Shown in pieces: positions 40,620 to 50,316 of a stretch of DNA of 64,000 nt. The notes beneath the pieces were generated by a model. The model saw nothing but the letters and a program-made list of their open reading frames with translations, searched no databases and had not been told where the DNA came from. A program made the translations under genes and the position numbers. This stretch comes from Lachnospiraceae bacterium (lineage in GTDB: Bacteria; Bacillota; Clostridia; Lachnospirales; Lachnospiraceae), in contig JAZSDG010000031.1 in assembly GCA_045531055.1 (NCBI GenBank), positions 11,282 through 75,281 of the forward strand, given 5' to 3'. Position 1 is the first letter of the stretch; each line of letters begins with the position of its first letter.

Positions 40620-42210
40620 TCTGTGCACCTCCTGCCCCAGTTGTTGTTTCATTTGTCAAGGCATCCATATCCGGTGCTTCTCCCGAACCGCCGGCATATG
40701 TACAAACTACTGAAAATGTAACTGCCGAATCACCATCTTCACCTTCCGTATGTGTAACCGCAGCTGTGGTAACATCTGAAAATACGTCAAAAGATTCCAA
40801 TTGTTGAAGTACAGTTGCAGTTTCTTCTTTGTTCAATACTTGCATGGTGATTGTGACACCATAGTTGTCAGATGAAATCGTTTTAACATCCACATTGGAT
40901 GGAAGTTTCTCTTCCATTTCTTCGATTACATCTACAAAATCATTGGATAACGCAAACATTTGCATATCCATTACCAAAACATCATTATAACGTCCTGCTG
41001 TCAATTCATATTCTTCGTAGAGGTCTTGGATTGGTTGCAGTTCTTTGCGTTCGGTCTTTAATTTATTTTCCTGTCCTCTCGCTATCAAATAGCTAATTCC
41101 ACTGACACCAACCAGAATGACCGCCACCAATACACCGGCAAGAGCGATTATTCTGGTAACAAGAACCATATTATCTTCTTGTTTCTCACTCATTTTGGAT
41201 TTGCGTTTCTTACCGAGTGCCATTGTAAGCGGGTCTAACGTTGCACCATATGCAATTACAATTTCAGCCATCTCGGAGGTTCCAGGAATCTGAGACTCGC
41301 CCATATGATGCACCCCAAGCTGTTCTACACGCAAATGCATCAACTCGGTAAAGTATGTATCCATACCTTTAATCGTAGCACCTTCTCCAAGCAATAAGAA
41401 TTCGTCAATTTCTGCATGGGCACTTTGTGACAGATAGTAATTAATTACTCGCTTCACTCCGTTGACTAACTGCTGTAGGGCAACTCTAGCATCGCCATCC
41501 ATACAGTCATTCCACTTCATATAGTCCTTCAAACCATCTGCAGATGCATTGAACTCATCTTTGCCCTCTACCAAAGCAGTAATGCTTCCATATCCGTAGA
41601 ATACGGTACGCTGCATCTCTAATTTTCCTCGGTTTACGATAGTTACAATCGTCTGATTCTCATCAATCTTAATCCCACAGGTCACGCGGTCTTTGGCAAC
41701 TCTACGCAGTACTTGGAACATACTGTTACCCACACAGTCTAATGTCACAAGCTCTAAATTACAGAATTCACATAATTTCTCATAGGAACGCGTCAGCTCA
41801 TACGGAACTGCATATACCAAAAGGCGTGTTTTTCTCTCCTGCTTATTCTCTCCAAGTTTAAAATATGTGAGCTGATACTGGTCTAAATCAACCGGGAAAT
41901 AATCTTTTGAATTTGTATGTAATAAACCGGAAATCTGATTATCCTTGACTGTTGGAATCTCCACTTCACGGTTTGCTATTTTCTCTGAATTAATTACGAA
42001 TACAACTTTTTTTGTTGTGATATTGCGTTGCACAAGTTTTGCAAGCAATATATTGCGAAAATCATCATTCTCTTTTACTACTGTATTCCCCACCATATCT
42101 TTTGGTGTCGGAAAAACCAAAGAATTATAAATCTTTGGATTCTTGATTCTATAGTCCATCTCAACTACATGTGTAAAGTCTGTACCGATTTCAATACTTA
42201 ATACCTTCAT
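40612..42210 (-). CDS. PilM-PilN fusion
   Basis: Actin-like LSIEIG, LLGEGA.IKG, then TM and PilN-like domain. Confidence 0.8.
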   Translation of the reverse strand: MKVLSIEIGTDFTHVVEMDYRIKNPKIYNSLVFPTPKDMVGNTVVKENDDFRNILLAKLVQRNITTKKVVFVINSEKIANREVEIPTVKDNQISGLLHTNSKDYFPVDLDQYQLTYFKLGENKQERKTRLLVYAVPYELTRSYEKLCEFCNLELVTLDCVGNSMFQVLRRVAKDRVTCGIKIDENQTIVTIVNRGKLEMQRTVFYGYGSITALVEGKDEFNASADGLKDYMKWNDCMDGDARVALQQLVNGVKRVINYYLSQSAHAEIDEFLLLGEGATIKGMDTYFTELMHLRVEQLGVHHMGESQIPGTSEMAEIVIAYGATLDPLTMALGKKRKSKMSEKQEDNMVLVTRIIALAGVLVAVILVGVSGISYLIARGQENKLKTERKELQPIQDLYEEYELTAGRYNDVLVMDMQMFALSNDFVDVIEEMEEKLPSNVDVKTISSDNYGVTITMQVLNKEETATVLQQLESFDVFSDVTTAAVTHTEGEDGDSAVTFSVVCTYAGGSGEAPDMDALTNETTTGAGGAQNE

Positions 42211-42234
42211 AGTTATCTTTCTCCATCTATTTTT

Positions 42235-42996
42235 TTATCCTATTCCCAAACCGGTATAAAAATACCAGTCTATGAAACGATCGCCCCATAATGCAGCAAT
42301 CCAAATTCCTACTGCTAGATATGGACCAAATGATAATACATGGCCCTCTTTACTTACTATCATACGAATAATGTGCACTACAGAGCCTATGATACAGCCC
42401 AAAATAAATGCTAAAACAATGCATTTAGCTCCCAAAAACAGGCCGGCGGCAGCCATGAATTTGACATCGCCGCCACCGATTGCCCGTCCTTTTGAGAGAT
42501 AATACAGAAGTGCTAATACAGCACTTACCACTGCAAAGCCTATAATATAAGTAATGGCATTACTTCTGTCATAGATGCACCGGATTATTCCCAGTACAAA
42601 AATAAACACATTAATTCCAAACGGAATTTCGTACGTACGAAAATCAATCACACTTAATACTATAAGTGCGGACGTCAGCATCCAAAAGAGAATCATCTCT
42701 AAGGAAACCCCCGTCGTTAACCATACTACTAAATACAAAATACCGTTACATACTCCAACGATAGGGGACTGTATGGACAGTCGTTTGTTGCACGCCCGGC
42801 ATTTTCCCCGTTGCAAGAAAAATCCAAGCAACGGAATCCAGTCATACCATTTCTGCGGATGCCCACAGCATGTGGTAACAGAAGGAAAACGAAAGATGCT
42901 TTCCTCTTTTGGAATCCGATTGATGCAGATATCCAAAAATCCGCCCACCAGAATCCCATATGTAATTATCACAATCGCTATGAGTACCCGCGTCAT
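42235..42996 (-). CDS. pilD: Prepilin peptidase (A24)
   Basis: SVIDF..YEIP and GGGDVKF catalytic Asp motifs; FGPYL. Confidence 0.9.
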   Translation of the reverse strand: MTRVLIAIVIITYGILVGGFLDICINRIPKEESIFRFPSVTTCCGHPQKWYDWIPLLGFFLQRGKCRACNKRLSIQSPIVGVCNGILYLVVWLTTGVSLEMILFWMLTSALIVLSVIDFRTYEIPFGINVFIFVLGIIRCIYDRSNAITYIIGFAVVSAVLALLYYLSKGRAIGGGDVKFMAAAGLFLGAKCIVLAFILGCIIGSVVHIIRMIVSKEGHVLSFGPYLAVGIWIAALWGDRFIDWYFYTGLGIG

Positions 42997-43028
42997 GTTA
43001 TAACATTCCTTTCCAGTAAACTAGTAAA

Positions 43029-43571
43029 TTATTTTTCCCAATCAGAACCAGCAGGTATATTTGCTGCATCATATGGGCTAAGAATAGTTCCGCCAGCAAA
43101 AGTAACCACACCATTATTAACTGTTGCGGTTGGCGCTACATCAGATGCAAGAACAGTTACATCTCCATTTTCATCTGCATAAACATAAAATCTATTATTT
43201 TGGCTGTCAACACTTGGTAAAATAGGCTCACCACCAATTGCAGTTATAATATCTGCGTTAGCGTTTTGATTATTAGTAGGATCATCAATAACCCATGGGT
43301 TTCCCTGTGCATTTGAAACTTGTAATTTATTATTAGCGTATGGAGCTGCAGCAAAATTAGTTGTCTGATCTGCAGCATCTTCTGTAATCATAGCGGTCAC
43401 TGCATCATTAATAATATCTGCATTAGAGATATCGTTAGAGATACGAGACTGCGCTACAAAACGCATAAATGCAGGTACCAATACTACTGCTAAGATTGCC
43501 ATAATAGCAATTACGATAATAAGCTCTACTAAAGAGAAACCTTTGTTGTTCATTTTCTTATTGTTTTTCAT
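43029..43571 (-). CDS. Probable major type IV pilin
   Basis: KG|FSLVELIIVIAIMAIL; strong RBS; follows pilC. Confidence 0.85.
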   Translation of the reverse strand: MKNNKKMNNKGFSLVELIIVIAIMAILAVVLVPAFMRFVAQSRISNDISNADIINDAVTAMITEDAADQTTNFAAAPYANNKLQVSNAQGNPWVIDDPTNNQNANADIITAIGGEPILPSVDSQNNRFYVYADENGDVTVLASDVAPTATVNNGVVTFAGGTILSPYDAANIPAGSDWEK

Positions 43572-43652
43572 TTTTTCAAATCCCCTTCCTTCTTATAAAA
43601 AATTTATCTTAAAATTCCGCCCTATCCTCGGAACCTTAATTCAACCTTATAC

Positions 43653-44867
43653 TTATAAATTACCAATCTGATCATACATCGACAACATCGGCGAATAAAT
43701 CGAAACAACAAGCAGGATAACAACAACTGCCATGGCAATGATAATAATCGGCTCCATCGCCGCCATGACGGTCTGTGTCTTAATCTCTACTTCTTCATCA
43801 TAATAATCCGCCAGATTATCCAGCATCGTCTCCACATCACCGGATTCTTCCCCGATAGCAATCATATGTACCACCATCGGTGGGAACAATCCCCCACGAC
43901 GAATCGGCTCCGATAACGGAATACCACGGGATACTTCTTCTGCTACTTCTTCCAAATGTTCACGGAAGAGATAATTCTTCATCGTCTTCGATACAGCGTT
44001 AATTGCATCCAAAAGCGGAATACCGGCATGAATCAATGTACTTAATGTTCTTGCAAACTGGGAAGAGTAGGTCTTTACATTCAAATCACCAAACAACGGC
44101 ATCTTCGTTGCCATTCGAGCAAAAAAGATGGTACCATTCTGTGACTTCTTGTAATAAATCAGACCTACAATCAGTGCAACAATGGCAATGACAAATAGAT
44201 ACCACCATTTTCCAACAAAATCACTCATTGCCATCATCGCCTTCGTAATTCCCGGTAACTCCATACCATTCTCCGCAAAAGTCTTTGCATAACTTGGGAT
44301 AATTTTTAAAATCATTACAAAGAATACCACGATAATAACTATAATAAGTGCAATCGGATATACCATCGCCTTCATCATCATACCGCTCAACTTGGCAGAC
44401 TTCTCATACTGCACTGCCATTCGCTCAAATGACTCTTCAATGTTACCGGAAGTCTCACCGGCTGCAACCATGTTCACAAGCATCTTCGGGAATGCATTCG
44501 GATTCTGTGCCATTGCTTCGGATAAGCTGTTTCCGCGCTTTACTTCCGTGGTACAGTCTCTTAGTCCCTCTTGAAGTATAACATCCTCGGTCTGCTCCGT
44601 CATCATCTGCATGGCGTCCACAAGCGGCACACCTGCTTTTAACATACTAACAAATTGCTTGCAAAAGACCGCAAGCTTCTTTGGCTTTACTTTTCTATTA
44701 CTTCTTAGCTGAATCTCTTTGCCTAACACACCGGCTTCTTGTACACGAACCGGGATCAGACCGTTTCTTCGAATCTGCTCAACCGCCTTCTCTTGCGACT
44801 CTGCTTCAATATTCGCTCTTTGCCTTTTTCCATTCTGGTCGATTGCCTCATACGTATAATTGGCCAC
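43653..44867 (-). CDS. pilC: Type IV pilus platform protein
   Basis: Two T2SSF repeats: GETSGN, GEESGD, MEPIII. Confidence 0.92.
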   Translation of the reverse strand: MANYTYEAIDQNGKRQRANIEAESQEKAVEQIRRNGLIPVRVQEAGVLGKEIQLRSNRKVKPKKLAVFCKQFVSMLKAGVPLVDAMQMMTEQTEDVILQEGLRDCTTEVKRGNSLSEAMAQNPNAFPKMLVNMVAAGETSGNIEESFERMAVQYEKSAKLSGMMMKAMVYPIALIIVIIVVFFVMILKIIPSYAKTFAENGMELPGITKAMMAMSDFVGKWWYLFVIAIVALIVGLIYYKKSQNGTIFFARMATKMPLFGDLNVKTYSSQFARTLSTLIHAGIPLLDAINAVSKTMKNYLFREHLEEVAEEVSRGIPLSEPIRRGGLFPPMVVHMIAIGEESGDVETMLDNLADYYDEEVEIKTQTVMAAMEPIIIIAMAVVVILLVVSIYSPMLSMYDQIGNL

Positions 44868-44891
44868 GTCTTCTTTCCTCCTTTTCCCGGA

Positions 44892-45959
44892 TTATGCTCT
44901 TACTACCATTGAAAGTTTCTGTGACATTGCCACAGGGTCATGCGCAAAAGAAATACCTTCTTCTACTGTAATCAAGCCTTTCATGTATAAGTCGTAAATC
45001 GCATCATCCATTAATTGCATACCCATCTTACGATTGGTCATCATGATGGATGGAATCTGGAATGTCTTCGCTTCACGAATTAAGTTACGAATTGCCGGAG
45101 TCGCAAGCATAACCTCAAATGCCGCAACTCGTCCGCCATCTTCTTTCGGCAATAACTGCTGGGCAATAACTGCCTCTAATACGCTCGCAAGCTGAATTCG
45201 AATCTGCTGTTGCTGATGCGGCATGAATACGTCAATCATACGGTCAATCGCGGTCGCTGCACTGTTTGTATGCAATGTGGACAATACTAAGTGTCCGGTC
45301 TCAGCTGCAGTAATCGCAATACTAATCGTCTCTAAGTCACGCATCTCACCTACAAGGATAACGTCCGGGTCCTCACGCAAAGCTGCACGAAGTGCATTTG
45401 CATAGGACTTACTATCGTATCCAATCTCTCTTTGCTGTACCATGGACTTTCCATGCTGATGCAAATACTCGATTGGGTCCTCCAGTGTGATAATATGCTT
45501 ATTGTAATTCTGCGAAATAATATGTATCAAGGATGCAAGGGTGGTAGATTTACCACTACCGGTTGGTCCTGTTACAAGAACCAGTCCTCTTTTACGATCG
45601 GTCAAGTTCACAATTGCTTCCGGAATACCCAGTGACTGTGCACTTGGAATCTCAAACGAAAGAATACGAAGCGCTACTGCATAGGTTCCACGTTGTCTGT
45701 ATATATTCACACGAATTCGATGGAATCCAGCAATGGAAACCGCAAGGTCAATCTCGCCTGCTTCGTCCAGCTTCATCTTCTGCTGTTCCTTCAACAATGG
45801 CTGAATCATTTGCTCTACTTCAAATGGCTTTACCAATTCATCTGATTCCGGAATCAATTCGCCATCGATACGGTACATAACCGGACAAGATGGTCCAATA
45901 TGTACGTCGGAAGCCCCCTTTTCAAAACCGTCTTTTAAATAATATTCAATACTTTTCAC
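44892..45959 (-). CDS. pilT: Pilus retraction ATPase
   Basis: GPTGSGKST, REDPD, STLHT, AIRNLIRE; GTG start. Confidence 0.93.
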   Translation of the reverse strand: MKSIEYYLKDGFEKGASDVHIGPSCPVMYRIDGELIPESDELVKPFEVEQMIQPLLKEQQKMKLDEAGEIDLAVSIAGFHRIRVNIYRQRGTYAVALRILSFEIPSAQSLGIPEAIVNLTDRKRGLVLVTGPTGSGKSTTLASLIHIISQNYNKHIITLEDPIEYLHQHGKSMVQQREIGYDSKSYANALRAALREDPDVILVGEMRDLETISIAITAAETGHLVLSTLHTNSAATAIDRMIDVFMPHQQQQIRIQLASVLEAVIAQQLLPKEDGGRVAAFEVMLATPAIRNLIREAKTFQIPSIMMTNRKMGMQLMDDAIYDLYMKGLITVEEGISFAHDPVAMSQKLSMVVRA

Positions 45960-45981
45960 GACCTTCTCCTTCTCCTTAATC

Positions 45982-47682
45982 CTATTCTTCTGCGGAAACG
46001 CCAAACATCTCTGTTAGTGATGTAATTCCGTCTAACACTTTACGCCTTGCTCCCTTTGACAAAGTTACCATACCTTGCGAAATTGCAAGTTCTTTCATCT
46101 CTAGCGTGCTTGCATGAGATGCGATTAATGCCTTCATCTCCGGTGTTACTTCCATCATCTCATAGATACCGATTCGACCACGGTATCCGGTGTGTCCACA
46201 TCTCGAACATCCAACCGGTTCATAGATAACTACCGGATCGTTTGCCTCTATCTCTAACATCTGTCGTTCGTTTGAATCCGGTCTCTTCGCTCGCTTACAG
46301 TCTGGACAAAGTCTACGTACCAATCGCTGAGCGATTACACCAATCATGGAATCTGCTAACAAATAACTTTCTACTCCCATGTTCAACAAACGGGTAACCG
46401 TTGCCGCAGAACTGTTCGTATGTAAGGTACTTACTACCAAGTGTCCGGTAATCGACGCCTGAACTGCAATATCTGCGGTCTCCTTATCACGAATCTCACC
46501 GATCATGATGATGTCCGGATCTTGTCGCAAAATCGCTCGAAGCGCAGACGCGAAAGTAAGCTCTGCTTTCGGGTTTACTTGTACCTGATTGATTCCTCCG
46601 ATATTCGCCTCAACCGGGTCCTCTACGGTGATGATATTAACATCTTCGGTATTCAACTCACTAAGCGCAGTGTAAAGGGTGGTGGACTTACCACTACCGG
46701 TCGGTCCTGTTACCAACAAGATACCGTTCGGATTCTTTAACATTTTATCGAAAGTCTCAAGTTCCTGTTTCTCGAAACCAAGTTCCTGTTTATCTCTGGA
46801 TAAAGCCTTCTTCTGTGCAAGACGCATAACGCACTTCTCGCCGAATACCGTCGGAAGAATGGAAACACGAATATCGTATTCCACACCATCTACAATCGAA
46901 GTAATTCGACCATCTTGCGGCTTTCTCTTCTCTGCGATGTCCATTCCGCCGATAATCTTAATACGGGCAATGATTGCAGAAAGCAACTCTTCTTCATAAG
47001 TAATCTGCTCATAAAGGGTACCGTCAATACGGTAACGAATACGAACACGGCTTTCCAATGCTTCAACATGAATATCACTGGCACGCTGTCTTGCAGCCTG
47101 TTCAATCATGGTGTTAACAAGAAGGACGATTGGCGAGCTGCTCACTTCATCTCGGGCCTCTTCCTGTTCTAAGGTCTCTACCTGCTGCTGGCGCTCTTTC
47201 GCATATTCACGTGCTACTTTCGATACTTCCGAATTACCGAAATAACGGTCAAGTGCCAGCATAATCTCACGCGTGGTCGCAAGTACCGGTGTCACACGAC
47301 GATTGGTAATAATGGAAATATCGTCAATCGCATCCATGTCCATCGGATCTGACATAGCAAGGAGCAATTCCCCTCTTCCATCTTGCGCAAACCCAATTGG
47401 AATGACTGCTCTCTTACGAAGTTCTGCTACATCTACTAATTTTAAAACGCTTTCATCTAACTCAAAAGTAGTTAAATCAACAACATCAAGACTCAACTGC
47501 TTTGATAAAACCTGGGTCACATCACGCTCGCTGACATATCCAAGGAGAACCAGTATCTCTCCGAGCTTCTTCTCCGGCTCATTCTCTTTCTCTTGAAGCG
47601 CTGCATTTAACTGTTCTTCAGAAATCGCATGCTCCTCAACGAGCATATTTCCCAAACGCTTTCTGTTGCGCATATCATCCAT
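45982..47682 (-). CDS. pilB: Pilus extension ATPase with N-terminal MshEN-like domain
   Basis: RLG/KLG tandem motif, GPTGSGKST, RQDPD, CPDC..CSRC. Confidence 0.93.
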   Translation of the reverse strand: MDDMRNRKRLGNMLVEEHAISEEQLNAALQEKENEPEKKLGEILVLLGYVSERDVTQVLSKQLSLDVVDLTTFELDESVLKLVDVAELRKRAVIPIGFAQDGRGELLLAMSDPMDMDAIDDISIITNRRVTPVLATTREIMLALDRYFGNSEVSKVAREYAKERQQQVETLEQEEARDEVSSSPIVLLVNTMIEQAARQRASDIHVEALESRVRIRYRIDGTLYEQITYEEELLSAIIARIKIIGGMDIAEKRKPQDGRITSIVDGVEYDIRVSILPTVFGEKCVMRLAQKKALSRDKQELGFEKQELETFDKMLKNPNGILLVTGPTGSGKSTTLYTALSELNTEDVNIITVEDPVEANIGGINQVQVNPKAELTFASALRAILRQDPDIIMIGEIRDKETADIAVQASITGHLVVSTLHTNSSAATVTRLLNMGVESYLLADSMIGVIAQRLVRRLCPDCKRAKRPDSNERQMLEIEANDPVVIYEPVGCSRCGHTGYRGRIGIYEMMEVTPEMKALIASHASTLEMKELAISQGMVTLSKGARRKVLDGITSLTEMFGVSAEE

Positions 47683-47735
47683 AATTCTTGCCCCTAATAT
47701 TTTATGATTTATTATAGTCTATACCAACATTTGTC

Positions 47736-47765
47736 ATTATAAAGTAACTTTATCACTTTAGTCAA
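47736..47765 (-). promoter_or_regulatory. Sigma-A-type promoter of pilus operon
   Basis: TTGACT-18bp-TATAAT. Confidence 0.55.
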
Positions 47766-47832
47766 TAAAATTACTCTAATTTATTAAAGTCTGTCAAAAG
47801 TCTGAAAATTTTCGCTTTTAACTGTCAATTTC

Positions 47833-49572
47833 CTAGTGGTAATAAAGAATTTCAAACTGTAAACTTTCCATATTTCGATATGTATTTACTTTTGGCTGGT
47901 AAATCATGGAAATATTCATCTTATTTTGTGTTCCATTATATGCCTGTTTCACTTCTTCTATTCCAAATTGACTTACGAGATATTCTTCGAAAACTTCCAC
48001 ATCGCCAAAGTAGATTGCATGGATTGATGTTCCTGATTCCGAGCAAAGCAATAAGCGAAGAATATTCTGGTTCTTTCCAACCTTCCACATTCGGACAATG
48101 GACAGATTGCGGTCTGCAAAAAGCGGACGCTCATTGTCTTTGCCGAATGGCTCTAATCGCGCGAACTCTCTTACCAGTTCTATCGTGACATAATCCACCG
48201 GCATTGGTACATCGATTTTGATTTTGACAATCTCATCTTCCGGTGTGAGATTGCAGTTGGCGTTAAGTTCCTTTCGAAGTTGTGCAACATTCTCTTGTGA
48301 CAACGACAATCCCGCCGCCATCGGATGTCCTCCAAACTTAGTCAGCAAGTGACTGCATTTACAAAGTTCTTCATACATGGAATAGTTCTCTGTAGAACGT
48401 CCGGAGCCTTTTACCCCTTCCTCTCCATTGGTTAATATAAATGTCGGTTTGTGATAACGTTCCCGCATTCGCCCTGCAACGATTCCCGCGATGCTCTCAT
48501 GCATATCCGGCAAATAAATTACGATCACACGGTCCTTATCATATCCCTGCTCCTCGTAGATACGAGTCGCTTCTTCTACACCTAATATGGTTATCTCTTT
48601 TCTCTCATTGTTTAGAACAACCAGTTCATTGGCAATGATGGTCGCTTCCTTGTCCTCTTCTGTAAAGAAGAGCTGCAATGCACGCTTAGCGGTATCGAGT
48701 CTTCCACTTGCATTGATGCACGGTCCTAGTACAAATCCAAAATGATATGCCCGTATTTGCTCCGGAAGCAATCCGCATTGTGCAATCATCGCTTTCATTC
48801 CAATATTGCGTGTGTTGGCAATGCGCTTTAGTCCTTCTTTTACCAAGATACGATTCTCGCCCGTAAGGCTCATAATATCTCCAACTGTTGCAAATGCGAC
48901 ATGCTCTATAAATTCTTGTGCCTCTGTGGCAGGGATGTCCATTTTATCATAGAGGACACAGACCACTTTCCACGCTACTGCTGCCCCACAAAGTTCTTTG
49001 TTCGGATACGTACAACCCTCCTGATGAGGATTGACAATTGCATCTGCTTGGTTCTTATGGCCTTCCGGCGGAATCTTATGATGGTCGGTAACAAGGACGG
49101 TCATCGATAAGGATTTGGCATATGCAATTTCCTCGATGGCAGCAATGCCATTGTCACAAGTAATGATTGTATCAATCCCATCTGCATTCGCCCGCATGAC
49201 AAGACTTCGGTTCAATCCATACCCATCTTTGATACGTTCCGGAATGGAGACACTTACATTTGCACCACAACGCATGAGCGCCTTCTTTAATATGTACGAT
49301 GCCATTACTCCATCAATGTCATAATCGCCGATGATGCGGATGGATTTTCCTGATTGTATTTTCGTAATCAGAATATCGGTAAGAAGTCCTATATCCTTTA
49401 GCAAATAAGGATCAAATAAATCGTTCGCATCACCGGTTAAATATCTGCGGATATCTTCTTTCTCTATCAAATCCCGATTACGTAAAATCCGTGCAGTCAC
49501 TTGGTCAATTCCGAATTCCTGTCCAATTGCCGCAAAGTCTGCTTTCTTATTGATCACTACCCATTTTTGCAT
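47833..49572 (-). CDS. recJ: ssDNA exonuclease RecJ
   Basis: DYDIDG, TCDNG, TDHH, GSGRS, GGHPMAAG. Confidence 0.94.
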   Translation of the reverse strand: MQKWVVINKKADFAAIGQEFGIDQVTARILRNRDLIEKEDIRRYLTGDANDLFDPYLLKDIGLLTDILITKIQSGKSIRIIGDYDIDGVMASYILKKALMRCGANVSVSIPERIKDGYGLNRSLVMRANADGIDTIITCDNGIAAIEEIAYAKSLSMTVLVTDHHKIPPEGHKNQADAIVNPHQEGCTYPNKELCGAAVAWKVVCVLYDKMDIPATEAQEFIEHVAFATVGDIMSLTGENRILVKEGLKRIANTRNIGMKAMIAQCGLLPEQIRAYHFGFVLGPCINASGRLDTAKRALQLFFTEEDKEATIIANELVVLNNERKEITILGVEEATRIYEEQGYDKDRVIVIYLPDMHESIAGIVAGRMRERYHKPTFILTNGEEGVKGSGRSTENYSMYEELCKCSHLLTKFGGHPMAAGLSLSQENVAQLRKELNANCNLTPEDEIVKIKIDVPMPVDYVTIELVREFARLEPFGKDNERPLFADRNLSIVRMWKVGKNQNILRLLLCSESGTSIHAIYFGDVEVFEEYLVSQFGIEEVKQAYNGTQNKMNISMIYQPKVNTYRNMESLQFEILYYH

Positions 49573-50305
49573 AATTCACCTTCATTAACGTAAGTCCTTG
49601 TGGAGGAACGGTATATCCTGCAAGCTCCCTATTCTTTGTCTCAAATATATGCAGGATGTCATCCGGTTCCTTTACGCCTCTTCCCACTTCAATGAGTGTG
49701 CCTGTCATAATTCGTACCATATTCTGCAAAAATCCGTCTCCGGAATAATCTATCATAATTTCTTTGTCATTTTGTGTAATTTCCAGTCCAAAGATAGTTC
49801 GAATGGTGGATTTCTTCATCTTACGGTTGCCACAAAATCCCATAAAGTCATGCGTCCCAATCAAAAGTTCGGCAGCTTGTCTCATTCGCGTAACATCGAG
49901 CGGTTCCGTATATGTATATACGTATTTGCGCTCAAATACATTCGGCACCGGGCTTGTATGAATTCGATACCGATACGTTTTCTTCGTTGCGTGGTAGCGA
50001 CTGTGAAACCGCTCGCATACCTCTTCCACTTGTGTTACTGCAATATCTTCCGGCAGATACCGATTCAGCCAATGCATAATCTCTTCTTTGGTGAAGCACT
50101 CTTCTATGTGAAAATTCGCAACTTGTCCTTTTGCATGTACTCCGGCATCCGTTCTGCCGGAACCAATCACCTCTACCGGATGCCCGGCAAGGCTTTCCAA
50201 TACTCCGGAAAGCTTGCCTTGAATAGTTGCATCGGTTGCTTTTTGTATTTGCCAGCCTTTGTATCTTGTTCCGTCGTATTGAATGGTTATTTTGTAATTG
50301 TTCAT
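49547..50305 (-). CDS. truA: tRNA pseudouridine(38-40) synthase
   Basis: YDGT.Y.GWQ, GRTDAGVHA, FLQNMVR. Confidence 0.93.
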   Translation of the reverse strand: MNNYKITIQYDGTRYKGWQIQKATDATIQGKLSGVLESLAGHPVEVIGSGRTDAGVHAKGQVANFHIEECFTKEEIMHWLNRYLPEDIAVTQVEEVCERFHSRYHATKKTYRYRIHTSPVPNVFERKYVYTYTEPLDVTRMRQAAELLIGTHDFMGFCGNRKMKKSTIRTIFGLEITQNDKEIMIDYSGDGFLQNMVRIMTGTLIEVGRGVKEPDDILHIFETKNRELAGYTVPPQGLTLMKVNYAKMGSDQ

Positions 50306-50316
50306 GTAATTCCTCT

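Noticed and set aside
47683-47832. c-di-GMP riboswitch upstream of pilB
   Set aside because: The leader is short and AT-rich with no recognisable class I or II aptamer.
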